From Patescibacteria group bacterium (GTDB lineage Bacteria > Patescibacteriota > Minisyncoccia > Minisyncoccales > Staskawiczbacteraceae), in the NCBI GenBank assembly GCA_018829965.1, contig JAHJTG010000008.1, positions 9,314-73,313 on the forward strand: a stretch of DNA of 64,000 bases. The letters are read 5' to 3'. The notes beneath the pieces were generated by a model. That model did not search any database and was not told where the DNA came from. It was given only the letters and a program-made list of their open reading frames with translations. The translations under genes were made by a program, and so were the position numbers. This document shows, piece after piece, positions 50,372 through 59,635 of the stretch (position 1 is the stretch's first letter; every line of letters begins with the position of its first letter).

Positions 50372-51376
50372 TTATATCTTCTTCCCCACAAACTCCGCAA
50401 ACTCAGCTATTCTACAGGCGTAAGCAAACTCGTTATCATACCAACCAACCACTTTAATCATATTCTCCTTTACCATCGTAAGAGACTTATCGACAATTGC
50501 CGATAAAGGATTGCCAATGTAATCAGAAGAAACTAGTTGTTCTTTTTCTATGCCTAATATCCCTTTCATCTGCTTCTGGCTGGCTTTTTCAAATTCTTTA
50601 TTCACCTCTTCAATGCTTGCTGATTTTTCAACCTCAACAATCAAATCTAAAACCGAAACAGTCGCTGTAGGAACTCTCATTGCAATCCCATCTAATTTTC
50701 CTTTTAATTCAGGGATTACTTTGCCCAACGCTTTTGCCGCACCAGTAGAAGTCGGAATTATATTTAAAGCGGCTGCTCTTGCCCTTCTTAAATCCTTATG
50801 GGGCAAATCTAAAATCTTCTGATCATTAGTATAACTATGGACAGTGGTCATAAATCCTTTCACAATTTTAAAATTATCGTTTAAAATTTTTGCTATCGGC
50901 GCTATGCAGTTTGTCGTGCAAGAACCCATATCTATAATCTTGTCTTTTCCAGGATTAAATTTTTGTTCGTTAACCCCTAAAACATAGCTTGGGATTTCAA
51001 CATCTTTTGCCGGAGCTGAGATAATAACTTGTTTGGCTCCTACTTTTATGTGTTTCTCCGCTCCTTTCAAGTCGGTAAATAATCCAGTGCATTCTAAAAC
51101 TATATCTATCCCCAATTTACCCCATGGCAAATTCTCAGGGTCTTTTTCAGCGAAAACTTTTATCTCTTTCCCGCCTACTATCAAACTATTTTCCGTAAAA
51201 GAAACTTCTTTGTCGTAATTACGATAAATAGAATCGTGCTTTAAAAGATGGGCTAAGGTTTTTGTGTCGGTTAAGTCATTAATCGCAACAACATCCAAAT
51301 CTGGATGATTTTTTAAAATCCTCCGTAAAACAGGCCTTCCTATTCTACCAAAACCATTTATTGCTACTTTTATCAT
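50372..51376 (-). CDS. gap: Glyceraldehyde-3-phosphate dehydrogenase
   Basis: INGFGRIGR, SCTTNC, WYDNE. Confidence 0.98.
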   Translation of the reverse strand: MIKVAINGFGRIGRPVLRRILKNHPDLDVVAINDLTDTKTLAHLLKHDSIYRNYDKEVSFTENSLIVGGKEIKVFAEKDPENLPWGKLGIDIVLECTGLFTDLKGAEKHIKVGAKQVIISAPAKDVEIPSYVLGVNEQKFNPGKDKIIDMGSCTTNCIAPIAKILNDNFKIVKGFMTTVHSYTNDQKILDLPHKDLRRARAAALNIIPTSTGAAKALGKVIPELKGKLDGIAMRVPTATVSVLDLIVEVEKSASIEEVNKEFEKASQKQMKGILGIEKEQLVSSDYIGNPLSAIVDKSLTMVKENMIKVVGWYDNEFAYACRIAEFAEFVGKKI

Positions 51377-51379
51377 GAT

Positions 51380-51486
51380 AACGCGATACTAATCTACGAA
51401 TAACATACCAATTATACGAATAATTTATGGTGAACTTATCGAAACATTAGTATCATTGGTATGCGAATTAGTATTATTGGTATCGC
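51380..51486. repeat. About 105-bp TACGAAT-family hairpin repeat, copy 2
   Basis: Near-identical to 36737-36843. Confidence 0.9.
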
Positions 51487-51490
51487 TTTT

Positions 51491-51730
51491 TTACTCTATT
51501 ATTTTTAATAACTCATTAATTCTTTTTTTATCAAACCCAACTATAAATTCTCCATTAATATCTATAACAGGCACTGACATTTGTTCGGACTTTTCAATCA
51601 TCTCATTTAGAGCCTGTTCGTCCAAGCTTACATCAATATATTCAAAAGAAATATTATGGCTTTTTAAATATTCTTTTAATGTAACGCAATAGACGCAGCT
51701 TGGAGTGGAAAAAATTCTTACCTTTGGCAT
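51491..51730 (-). CDS. Glutaredoxin/NrdH-like protein
   Basis: CVYC, SVPVI, VGFD. Confidence 0.92.
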   Translation of the reverse strand: MPKVRIFSTPSCVYCVTLKEYLKSHNISFEYIDVSLDEQALNEMIEKSEQMSVPVIDINGEFIVGFDKKRINELLKIIE

Positions 51731-51869
51731 ACCTTGTTAGAAGTCCTTGAAGAAAAAATTTAATTATAAATTTTTTCTTTGGCTAATAAATAAATTATTT
51801 AGTAAAAAGACATTTCGCTCCATTAAGATTGTCTGTTTTAATGCGCCAGACTTCTAGCGTGGCATATAT

Positions 51870-52940
51870 TTACTCTCCGCAACTGGCATCGCTGTTTGAT
51901 GTTGAATCAGAAACATAGGCTGTAGAAAAACCAGATGTGGCTGATTCTTTAGATAATTCCTTTGAGCAGTAATCTGCTTGGTTATTAGATGCGCAACAAA
52001 TTATTGATTTTAATGCATCCTCTGTCCTGCCACCAAAAGAAAATTCGTCTATTTTATCGTTTCCTAAAATTAATGTCGGCGAACCAGCTACCTCATACTG
52101 CGCCGAAAGGTCAAAATCTGTTTTAGCGTATTCTAACCCGCGAGAAGCATCTTTTACACAAGTATCAAGATTGGTTTTATCAACTCCTACTGAAGCTAAA
52201 CAAGAATCTGATTTTCCTTCTGCAATATAGCAAGAAATATAATTCCAATATTTAGTACTTTGTTCCTCTCTTAAGCAAATCTGTCTTAAATTTTCTTGCG
52301 CTTCTTCGTCCCCATGCATAGATTCTATTTTGCCATTAGTAATAGACCCGATATATCTTACTTTTATATTCTCCTTTGTAACTGACTCATCTTTTACTAA
52401 TTTTGCAATGATTCTCTGCATTTGGAGACCATATGGACATTGACTCACAACAAAAGCATCTAAAAAAGGCTTATCTGCTTTTTTAATTGACTCGCAAGAT
52501 GTTATTTGGCTACCAGCATCTGCAGTCTCCGCCAGTTTTTCGTCTAAATTAATAGGGACGCCCTGCATTTCTGGAAATGCATACTTCCCATCTTTAGTAA
52601 GATAAATTATTTCATCTTGACTTTCAGTTTGACCTGTCATAGTTAATTTAAATACAACCTTATACAAGGTGCTAAATTCGGCAGCTTCTTTTAACTCGGC
52701 CTTACCAGCATCTTTTAGATAATTTTCGTTAATAAAACTTACAACTTTCTGGCCTGCCTCGTTAGCTGAAATAGTTTTTTCAAAATTTTTCTCAAAATAA
52801 AGCTTGTAAACTAATAAACCTGCGAGCGCTAAAATAATAATAATGATAATAACTACTATTCTGATAATATTTTTCTTGGTAGATTGCCAAGTGTCTTGAA
52901 AAGCCCTTTTTATTACATTCTTTATATTCTCTATATTCAT
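51870..52940 (-). CDS. Membrane-anchored thioredoxin-fold (DsbA-like) protein
   Basis: TM, SQCPY, GSPTL, multiple Cys. Confidence 0.7.
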   Translation of the reverse strand: MNIENIKNVIKRAFQDTWQSTKKNIIRIVVIIIIIILALAGLLVYKLYFEKNFEKTISANEAGQKVVSFINENYLKDAGKAELKEAAEFSTLYKVVFKLTMTGQTESQDEIIYLTKDGKYAFPEMQGVPINLDEKLAETADAGSQITSCESIKKADKPFLDAFVVSQCPYGLQMQRIIAKLVKDESVTKENIKVRYIGSITNGKIESMHGDEEAQENLRQICLREEQSTKYWNYISCYIAEGKSDSCLASVGVDKTNLDTCVKDASRGLEYAKTDFDLSAQYEVAGSPTLILGNDKIDEFSFGGRTEDALKSIICCASNNQADYCSKELSKESATSGFSTAYVSDSTSNSDASCGE

Positions 52941-53042
52941 AATTTTTTACTTGTCCGCCTAAGTTTTAAGATTAAAATTTTGGCGGATTATTATTTAATT
53001 ATAATATTAATATCTTACCACAAAAAAATAAACTGCAACAAC

Positions 53043-53738
53043 TCACCCTGTTGAATCCCAATCAACCTTTTTATTTTGCAGTTTTAATTTTTCATCAAAA
53101 TCATATTTGATCAACCCGGCATAAGGAATTTCCAAATCAATAATTTTATCATCAGCTATCTTCTCAATATATTTTACTATTGCTCTCAAGGCATTATGGC
53201 TAGCTACGATTAAAACGTTGCTACCTTTTTTTAAATCTTTCTCTATATATTTTTTATAAAATGGAATTGCTCTTTTAAAAACATCTTTCAAACTTTCTCC
53301 TCCTGGCGGAGCTATAGCATAACTTCTTCTCCAAAGATGCACTTTCTCTTCTCCATATTTTTTTATTGTTTCTTCTTTATCCATACCCTGTAATTTTCCG
53401 TAATATCTTTCGTTTAAATTATTTGAAATGTAGACAGGGACATCATTATCGCTGATATCAATGAAATGACCCCGTCTTTTCTCTTTGCTCTTATCAAGAT
53501 GTAAAAATATCGGATATTTTTTGTTGCCAAACTCAAACATTCTAGTTATTGTGTCTTGGTTTCTAAAAAGCGACGAACAATAAATTTTACCTATCTTAAA
53601 TTTATTTACTGTTTTATCCGCCAAAGATTTGGCGTCATTAATTTCATTTTCATCAAGAGGAACATCCATCCAACCACTAAATCTGCTTTCTTCATTCCAT
53701 TGCGATTTTATATGTCTTAGTAAAAATAGTTTTGGCAT
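53043..53738 (-). CDS. gpmA: 2,3-BPG-dependent phosphoglycerate mutase
   Basis: LLRHIKSQWN, LNERYYGKLQG, WRRSY, PPGGESL, ASHNALR. Confidence 0.9.
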   Translation of the reverse strand: MPKLFLLRHIKSQWNEESRFSGWMDVPLDENEINDAKSLADKTVNKFKIGKIYCSSLFRNQDTITRMFEFGNKKYPIFLHLDKSKEKRRGHFIDISDNDVPVYISNNLNERYYGKLQGMDKEETIKKYGEEKVHLWRRSYAIAPPGGESLKDVFKRAIPFYKKYIEKDLKKGSNVLIVASHNALRAIVKYIEKIADDKIIDLEIPYAGLIKYDFDEKLKLQNKKVDWDSTG

Positions 53739-53780
53739 AAATTTATTTTGTAGTAAGTAATAGATAAAAAATGCTATTAA

Positions 53781-53970
53781 AGTGAGGCAACAAGTTCAAA
53801 AGTAAATTTCGCAGGCAATTTAACATGGTGTCGCCTTAGGCGACTAAATTGCCGAGAATTTAGATAGCAAAACCTCGTCCCGATTTCTGAAAGAAATCGA
53901 GGATGCTCGATTGTTATACAATCGGCACTGGGAATTTTGACTATCGGTATTTTTAAACTTATTGTCGAGC
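53781..53970. repeat. Structured element homologous to 45230-45470, with a nested GTCCCGA-family element (53877-53928)
   Basis: Block-by-block similarity, interrupted after AAACCTC. Confidence 0.8.
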
Positions 53971-53971
53971 G

Positions 53972-55345
53972 TTAATGCCGAGCGATATCTTCTTCAATCT
54001 CCAACAACCTGTTATATTTTACCATTCTTTCCGGAGTTATAGGAGCTCCAGCTTTAATAAATTCTGCCCCTATTCCAACCGCCAAATCTGCGATAAAATC
54101 ATCCGTTGTTTCTCCCGACCTATGGGCAACGAGGATTTTCCAATCAGCTGCTCTTGCTAATTTCACCGCTTCTAAGGTTTCCGTAACCGTGCCTATTTGG
54201 TTTGGTTTTAGGATAAGACCATTGCAAGCTAACTTTGCCTGTGCTTCTTTAATTCTTTTGATATTAGTAGTCAAAAGGTCGTCGCCGAATATAATTATTT
54301 TATCAGATAATTCTTTAGTAATTTCTTCAAATCCCTGCCAATCATCTTCTGCAAATGCATCTTCAATAAAAATAATTGGAAATTTATCAATTAAATCTTT
54401 GTAGAAACCTAGTAATTCGCTCCTATTTAATTCTTGATTTTCAATCTTATATCTCCCATCTTGGTAAAATTGAGATACTGCGGCATCTAAGCCGATCTTA
54501 GTATCAGGATGCTTTTCTATGGCGCTTTTTATTAGATAGAGCGCTTGCTCTGTTTTTGAAACTTGGGGAGCAAAACCTTTCTCATCCCCTATTTTTAAAT
54601 TATTTTTACCAAAGTTCTTAATTAATATTTCTTTTAAACTTTGGAATATCTCGCTGCCAACTCTAAAATTATCTCTAAAATTTTGCTTTTGAGGGATTAC
54701 CATAAACTCCTGTATGTCTAAACTACCATCCGTCCCGACTTTGTCGAGTCCCGACTTTGTCGAGGATCCTCGATTTAATCGGGAGATCCTCAACGGCTCT
54801 ACCATCGGGACATGCGCTCCTCCTTCAATAATATTAAAACAGGGTTTAGGCAGATTTAGCGGGTTTCTTAAACCCGCTAGCTGAGCTATATATTTATAAA
54901 GAGGCAGATTTTGGTCAGTAGCTAACGCCCTACATGCTGCCACAGAAACCGGCAAAATCGCGTTTACTCCCAGCCGTGATTTATTTTCCGTTCCATCAAG
55001 TTTTATTAAAAAGTCATCAACCTCTCTTTGATTAGAAAATTCTTTATCTTTTAGGGCTGGAGCGACAATTTTCTTAATATTACTTATCGCTTTCTTCACC
55101 CCTTTCCCGTCTTCATCTCTTAATTCTAGGGCTTCGTATTTTCCTTTTGATTTCCCTGAAGGAACTGATGCTAAAAAATTGCCGTTATTTGTCCCGACTC
55201 TGTTGAGTCCCGACTTTGTCGAGGATCCTCGATGAAATCGGGAGATCCTCGATGGTTTTACCATCGGGATTTCTAATTCAACTTCAATAGTCGGATTCCC
55301 ACGCGAGTCCAAAATCTCTCTTGGTATTATATTTCTAATCTTCAT
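53972..55345 (-). CDS. eno: Enolase with two 26-aa in-frame insertions
   Basis: REILDSRGNPT, VPSG, IQEFM, GDDL, LKPNQIGT, HRSGET, KYNRLLEIE. Confidence 0.97.
   Translation of the reverse strand: MKIRNIIPREILDSRGNPTIEVELEIPMVKPSRISRFHRGSSTKSGLNRVGTNNGNFLASVPSGKSKGKYEALELRDEDGKGVKKAISNIKKIVAPALKDKEFSNQREVDDFLIKLDGTENKSRLGVNAILPVSVAACRALATDQNLPLYKYIAQLAGLRNPLNLPKPCFNIIEGGAHVPMVEPLRISRLNRGSSTKSGLDKVGTDGSLDIQEFMVIPQKQNFRDNFRVGSEIFQSLKEILIKNFGKNNLKIGDEKGFAPQVSKTEQALYLIKSAIEKHPDTKIGLDAAVSQFYQDGRYKIENQELNRSELLGFYKDLIDKFPIIFIEDAFAEDDWQGFEEITKELSDKIIIFGDDLLTTNIKRIKEAQAKLACNGLILKPNQIGTVTETLEAVKLARAADWKILVAHRSGETTDDFIADLAVGIGAEFIKAGAPITPERMVKYNRLLEIEEDIARH
54732..54811. mobile_element. Nested GTCCCGA-family element, in frame in eno
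   Basis: TIR GTCCCGA/TCGGGAC, internal GAGGATCCTC; near-copy of 55191-55270. Confidence 0.88.
55191..55270. mobile_element. Nested GTCCCGA-family element, in frame in eno
   Basis: Same structure as 54732-54811; encodes IPMVKPSRISRFHRGSSTKSGLNRVG. Confidence 0.88.
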
Positions 55346-55383
55346 TTTAATTTTTAATTAGATAAAACACTTATTAGTTTTTT

Positions 55384-55451
55384 AATCAGAGCACTTAAAT
55401 GAGCTTAAGTGCTCGACCGAGCACTAATTTATGAGATTAGTGCTCTGGTTT
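55384..55451. repeat. Double-hairpin GAGCAC element
   Basis: CAGAGCAC..GTGCTCGACCGAGCAC..GTGCTCTGGTTT; second copy at 61523-61584. Confidence 0.8.
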
Positions 55452-55489
55452 TTTACTTTTATATTTTTAACCTTCATTATATTTTAAAA

Positions 55490-56341
55490 TTACTTCTCGG
55501 CTAATAATCCTTTCTTTTTCGCTCCTTCAACATAGTGTTGTTGAATTTGAGCTAAGGTCAGAGATTTGCCATAAATACGGATTTCGTCTAAATTCCCTTT
55601 AAAAAAATACGCTGTTACCATTCCTCCTCTACCGATTCTTAATGGATAATTGTTAGGAGTAATCGGAGTAGAATAATTAGCGCTGCTTACTTCCGCACCA
55701 TTGATATAATATCTGACTTGATTGGAAGTTTTGTTTCTGTTGTAAGTAACGGTAACATGATACCAACGATTATCTGAAATTACTTCTCCGCTATTTCCTG
55801 CCAATTTGCCATTTAAATTAAGAAATATATATTTTCCATAATTGACTAAAGCATACTGATAACTCCACCAATTTGCGCCGCTTTTTGCCAAGACATAACG
55901 AGTGCCTGTGGAGGGCTGCTTGTATATCCAAGCTTCAATAGTAATTTCATCGCCCGAGATATTTAGACTAGGACTACTCCCACATATTGCGGCATTACTT
56001 GAGCCATTAAAATTAAGCGCTACGCCTAAATTATCAGATGCGGTGTTATCGAGATAAGTCGGTCCCGCACCAGACCAATCACAATTATTACCATTCCCTG
56101 AGCTGTCATAAAGATTATTCTCAAAACTCCATTCTCCTACCAACTCATCTCCTATACCGTTTTTTATATTTTGACTGAATTGTAAACCAGCGGCAATTCT
56201 CGCTTTTTCTCTGACACCGCCTACACCAGCTACAACGATAGAAACAAGAATGCCAAAAATAACCATCGCTGCAGCGAGTTCAACTAAAGTAAACCCCGTT
56301 AGAAGTTTGTTTTTCTCTTTTTTTATTTCTTTATTTCCCAT
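55490..56341 (-). CDS. Prepilin-type protein with LamG-like domain
   Basis: G|FTLVEL, ITIEAWI, WYHVTVTY, FKGNLDEIRIY. Confidence 0.9.
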   Translation of the reverse strand: MGNKEIKKEKNKLLTGFTLVELAAAMVIFGILVSIVVAGVGGVREKARIAAGLQFSQNIKNGIGDELVGEWSFENNLYDSSGNGNNCDWSGAGPTYLDNTASDNLGVALNFNGSSNAAICGSSPSLNISGDEITIEAWIYKQPSTGTRYVLAKSGANWWSYQYALVNYGKYIFLNLNGKLAGNSGEVISDNRWYHVTVTYNRNKTSNQVRYYINGAEVSSANYSTPITPNNYPLRIGRGGMVTAYFFKGNLDEIRIYGKSLTLAQIQQHYVEGAKKKGLLAEK

Positions 56342-56422
56342 AAATAATTAATGGTTTAGATACCCGCAAAGCACGTAAAGATTTTTGAATTCAAAAATCT
56401 TTACCAAAAACTTCTAACGGGG
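56294..56422. mobile_element. MITE-like element at the prepilin cleavage motif
   Basis: TIR CCCCGTTAGAAGTTT/AAACTTCTAACGGGG; TAAA direct repeat on both sides. Confidence 0.88.
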
Positions 56423-56464
56423 TAAACCCCCCCTCTTTTTGATGAAATAAAAGTTTTTTCTCTT

Positions 56465-57400
56465 TTATATTTTTTGCTTATGAACATATTCGTAGGCGGC
56501 CAAGGCAGCTTTACACCCTTCTCCTGCCGCTGTAACTATTTGTTTGTATTTCCCGACATTTACGTCGCCGACCGCAAATAAACCCGATGTTTTTGTTTGA
56601 AAAGTTTCAAATTCCACTTTAATTTCATCCCTTTCGTTAAAATCAACAAGCCCCTTTGCCAATGCTGTTGCTGGTTGAGAGCCAATTTCAACGAAAACTC
56701 CCTGAATATCTAAGGTTTTTATTTTTTTAGTAGCTAAATCTTCATAAACCAAAGCATTCACTATCTTATCCCCTTTTATTTCTTTTACTTCGGCATTGGT
56801 AATTATTTCAATTTTTCCAAATTTTTTTGCTTCTTCTTGGTTTTCTGCGTCTGCCATTGCCTTTAATCCGCATTCTAAAATATAAATATTATCTGCGTAG
56901 TTTACCATAAAAATCGCTGCCTCAAATCCAGCATTTCCTCCGCCAATAACTACTATGTCTTTGTTTTTAAAAACTGGGCCGTCGCAAGTAACACAATAAC
57001 TTAGGCCACGACCAATAAACTCTTTTTCTCCGGGAACTTCCAACGGTCTTGGGTCGGCGCCTGTTGCGATAATCACAGATTTGGCATAAATTTTCTCTTT
57101 TTCAGTCGTGATAACAATAAAATTTTCTTTATCTTTTTCTATTTTTCCTACTTCAGCAAACTTTTTCTCAATAAACTCTTGAACATCCAAATGGTCTACA
57201 AACTTTTTTATTAACTTTTGTCCTCCAATTTTACCAAACCCGGGATAATTACAAACTTCGGTGGCTTTTTTCCCCATCTGACCACCATATTCTTTAGTAA
57301 TAAGCAAGGTTTTCATCCTTTGGCGAGTAACGTAGATACCCGCTGTAATACCAGCGGGACCACCTCCTATTATAATAATATCATAAATGTTTTCTTTCAT
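56465..57400 (-). CDS. trxB: Thioredoxin reductase-like FAD oxidoreductase
   Basis: IIGGGPAG, CVTCDG, VIGGGNAG, GLFAVGD; start corrected to MKENIY. Confidence 0.92.
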   Translation of the reverse strand: MKENIYDIIIIGGGPAGITAGIYVTRQRMKTLLITKEYGGQMGKKATEVCNYPGFGKIGGQKLIKKFVDHLDVQEFIEKKFAEVGKIEKDKENFIVITTEKEKIYAKSVIIATGADPRPLEVPGEKEFIGRGLSYCVTCDGPVFKNKDIVVIGGGNAGFEAAIFMVNYADNIYILECGLKAMADAENQEEAKKFGKIEIITNAEVKEIKGDKIVNALVYEDLATKKIKTLDIQGVFVEIGSQPATALAKGLVDFNERDEIKVEFETFQTKTSGLFAVGDVNVGKYKQIVTAAGEGCKAALAAYEYVHKQKI

Positions 57401-57415
57401 ATGAAACAGCATAAA

Positions 57416-57481
57416 CCCCCACACCAAACAAGTACAAATTTATTTTTTGTGCGGAGCACAGTGCTTGTTATGGTGTGGGGG
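57416..57481. mobile_element. 66-bp MITE-like element
   Basis: TIR CCCCCACACCA/TGGTGTGGGGG; TAAA direct repeat. Confidence 0.85.
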
Positions 57482-57537
57482 TAAATAGCTGCAGTGATAC
57501 CTCCTGCTCCACCACCGATAATTATTAAATCGTACAT
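57482..57537 (-). pseudogene. Orphan 5' fragment of a trxB-like gene
   Basis: MYDLIIIGGGAGGITAAIY, then interrupted by the 66-bp element. Confidence 0.8.
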
Positions 57538-57790
57538 TATTAATTAATTAATAGTAATTCTATTATTTTACTAAATTTTCAATCATTACGCAAAATTATC
57601 TCCTGCCCGCAATGTTTCGCCCGCCAGAAACGCTGTATTTACTGCGGGCTGGCATAGCGATGCAGGCGGGCTGAAAGGCAAAAATCGCTTAGAGGCGATT
57701 TTTATCTTAAGCCATTAGACCTGTTGCTTAATAATTTTCGCAACGAAAATTATTAAGCAACAGATCTATTATACTAACTGTATTATTTCT

Positions 57791-58021
57791 TTAGAATTCA
57801 TGCCAATCAATCTCAAAAACCTTGTTCCGCGAAGAAGCGCCGGAGATAAGTAAGATATCCGACCAGCCAATATTAAAATACTCTGTAATGACTTTCATAA
57901 CTGCCATATTCGCCTTGCCATTTTCAGGCGGTTCTTTTACCCATATTATGAAATGAGCGTCGTCAACCTTTTCTATTTTCTCTTGCTTCGCCTTAGGTTT
58001 TACCTTAACGAAGATTTTCAT
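57791..58021 (-). CDS. DUF167/YggU-family protein
   Basis: VKVKPKA, EPPENGKAN, GASSRNK. Confidence 0.92.
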   Translation of the reverse strand: MKIFVKVKPKAKQEKIEKVDDAHFIIWVKEPPENGKANMAVMKVITEYFNIGWSDILLISGASSRNKVFEIDWHEF

Positions 58022-58121
58022 AATTATAAACGAGGAAGGAATATGAAAATTTATTTTTATATTCCGACCGAGAGATTAATTATATAAATTGCTTCAGCAA
58101 TTTCTATAAATATAATACTGA

Positions 58122-58808
58122 TTAGTCTAAAATACTTTTTGGTCTTAATTTTTTTATAATCTTTTTTATAGCTTTGCTTATTAAAGAAAAAATTAGGATA
58201 ATTATTATTAATAACGCCACCAACACCATTGCACCGATTAATACAAATGGAGTTTTAAAAAACTCTATGATTGGAGTTTTAAAAAAGTATATTTTTAATT
58301 GCGGTAAAACCCAATAAACTTTCAAAATTTCTTCTGGCGTGAATTTTTCCTCTTTTCCGATAGCCAAAACATATTTCCCTTGATTATCATTCCCAGAGAT
58401 AACAATCTTATAACTCCCCGCTTCTACCTGTTTTTCAAACTCAGGTCCTTTGAAATAAAAATCTCTGCCGAAATCTTCCCAATATTCTTGCCACTTTATT
58501 GCCACGCCATCAACAAAAACGACTAATTCTTCTTTCCCGTCCTTTATTTGAAATATATTTGCAGAATATCTTCCATCTGGGTTAGAAGATTCTGGCACTA
58601 ATAGATTGATATATAGATTAAAGCTGGCATCTGAGTTAATTAAATACTCTGCAGGTTTTCCTTGTAACTCGGCATAAAACGCCTGCGACACTTCTGGAGT
58701 TTGAATAATAACACTCTCCCCATTTACGATTCTTGGCAAATGAGCAGAAGCACTACTTGCCACTCCTAGAAATATGACTATAGATAAAATTAAAACTATT
58801 TTTTTCAT
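58122..58808 (-). CDS. Hypothetical exported protein with C-terminal TM
   Basis: Signal peptide ASA|HLP, GKYVLAIG. Confidence 0.75.
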   Translation of the reverse strand: MKKIVLILSIVIFLGVASSASAHLPRIVNGESVIIQTPEVSQAFYAELQGKPAEYLINSDASFNLYINLLVPESSNPDGRYSANIFQIKDGKEELVVFVDGVAIKWQEYWEDFGRDFYFKGPEFEKQVEAGSYKIVISGNDNQGKYVLAIGKEEKFTPEEILKVYWVLPQLKIYFFKTPIIEFFKTPFVLIGAMVLVALLIIIILIFSLISKAIKKIIKKLRPKSILD

Positions 58809-58812
58809 TATT

Positions 58813-59055
58813 TTATTCTTGTTTTTCTTTTGGTTGCTCTTGCGTCTGCTCTTTCGGCTCTTCTTTGTTAATTGGCTCTTCTTTATTTTGTTTTTTGGAA
58901 AAATATAATATTAGATCGATGAGTCCAACAAGTATCATAACAGCTGCGATAATACGAATAAAAATCGCAAGAAAAGCTATCAACCATAGGACTATCCATA
59001 AGATAAGCCCTGTTGGCAATAGAAATTCCCATTTTATATATTTTTTGTAATCCAT
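58813..59055 (-). CDS. Small membrane protein
   Basis: Two TM segments, EEPINK repeat tail. Confidence 0.7.
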   Translation of the reverse strand: MDYKKYIKWEFLLPTGLILWIVLWLIAFLAIFIRIIAAVMILVGLIDLILYFSKKQNKEEPINKEEPKEQTQEQPKEKQE

Positions 59056-59067
59056 ATTTTTTATTAA

Positions 59068-59634
59068 TTATTTATTATTCTTAAACATCGGACCGTGGCC
59101 TGGAATTATCCAATCGGCTATCTCTAAAATCTTTTTACGGCTCTCTTCTAATCTTTGTGGATCATCAGCATAAGAATCTTTTTCAGGAAGATTTTCTTTC
59201 CAGAAAACATCTCCGCAAATAGCAACCAAGCCTTTATTTGTTTTTACTAATAAGCTTAAAGATGTTTTGTCGTGCCCCGGAGTTTCAATAATTCTGATGT
59301 TTTCTGTGAATTGTTCTTCCCTATCCTCAATTGTGTTTTTATCCCAAATCCCAAAATACTCTAAAGTTTTAGCCTTCGGAAACATTCCGATATTTCTGTA
59401 ATGGTCTAGATGAGAATGAGTTATAAAAACAAAGTTTACATCATTAACCGTCAAACCTTCTTTTTTCAGCTCTTTAATTAATATTTTTTGGTCTTCTAAA
59501 ATTCCTGGGTCCACAACCATTACAATATCTTTATCGCGCACTAAACTAATTGTAGCACAAGTTTTTTCTTCGCCATTATTATTAATTGAATCTGCAGTTG
59601 TATAACCTTCAGCTAAAATTTTAACTTCTGCCAT
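59068..59634 (-). CDS. Metallo-beta-lactamase-fold protein
   Basis: VDPG, THSHLDH, TPGH, CGD, IPGHG; start corrected to MAEVK. Confidence 0.92.
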   Translation of the reverse strand: MAEVKILAEGYTTADSINNNGEEKTCATISLVRDKDIVMVVDPGILEDQKILIKELKKEGLTVNDVNFVFITHSHLDHYRNIGMFPKAKTLEYFGIWDKNTIEDREEQFTENIRIIETPGHDKTSLSLLVKTNKGLVAICGDVFWKENLPEKDSYADDPQRLEESRKKILEIADWIIPGHGPMFKNNK

Positions 59635-59635
59635 A

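Noticed and set aside
53972..55345. Inteins as the explanation for the protein insertions
   Set aside because: Inserts are 10-26 aa, lack Cys/Ser...His-Asn ends, and are DNA palindromes also found outside genes.
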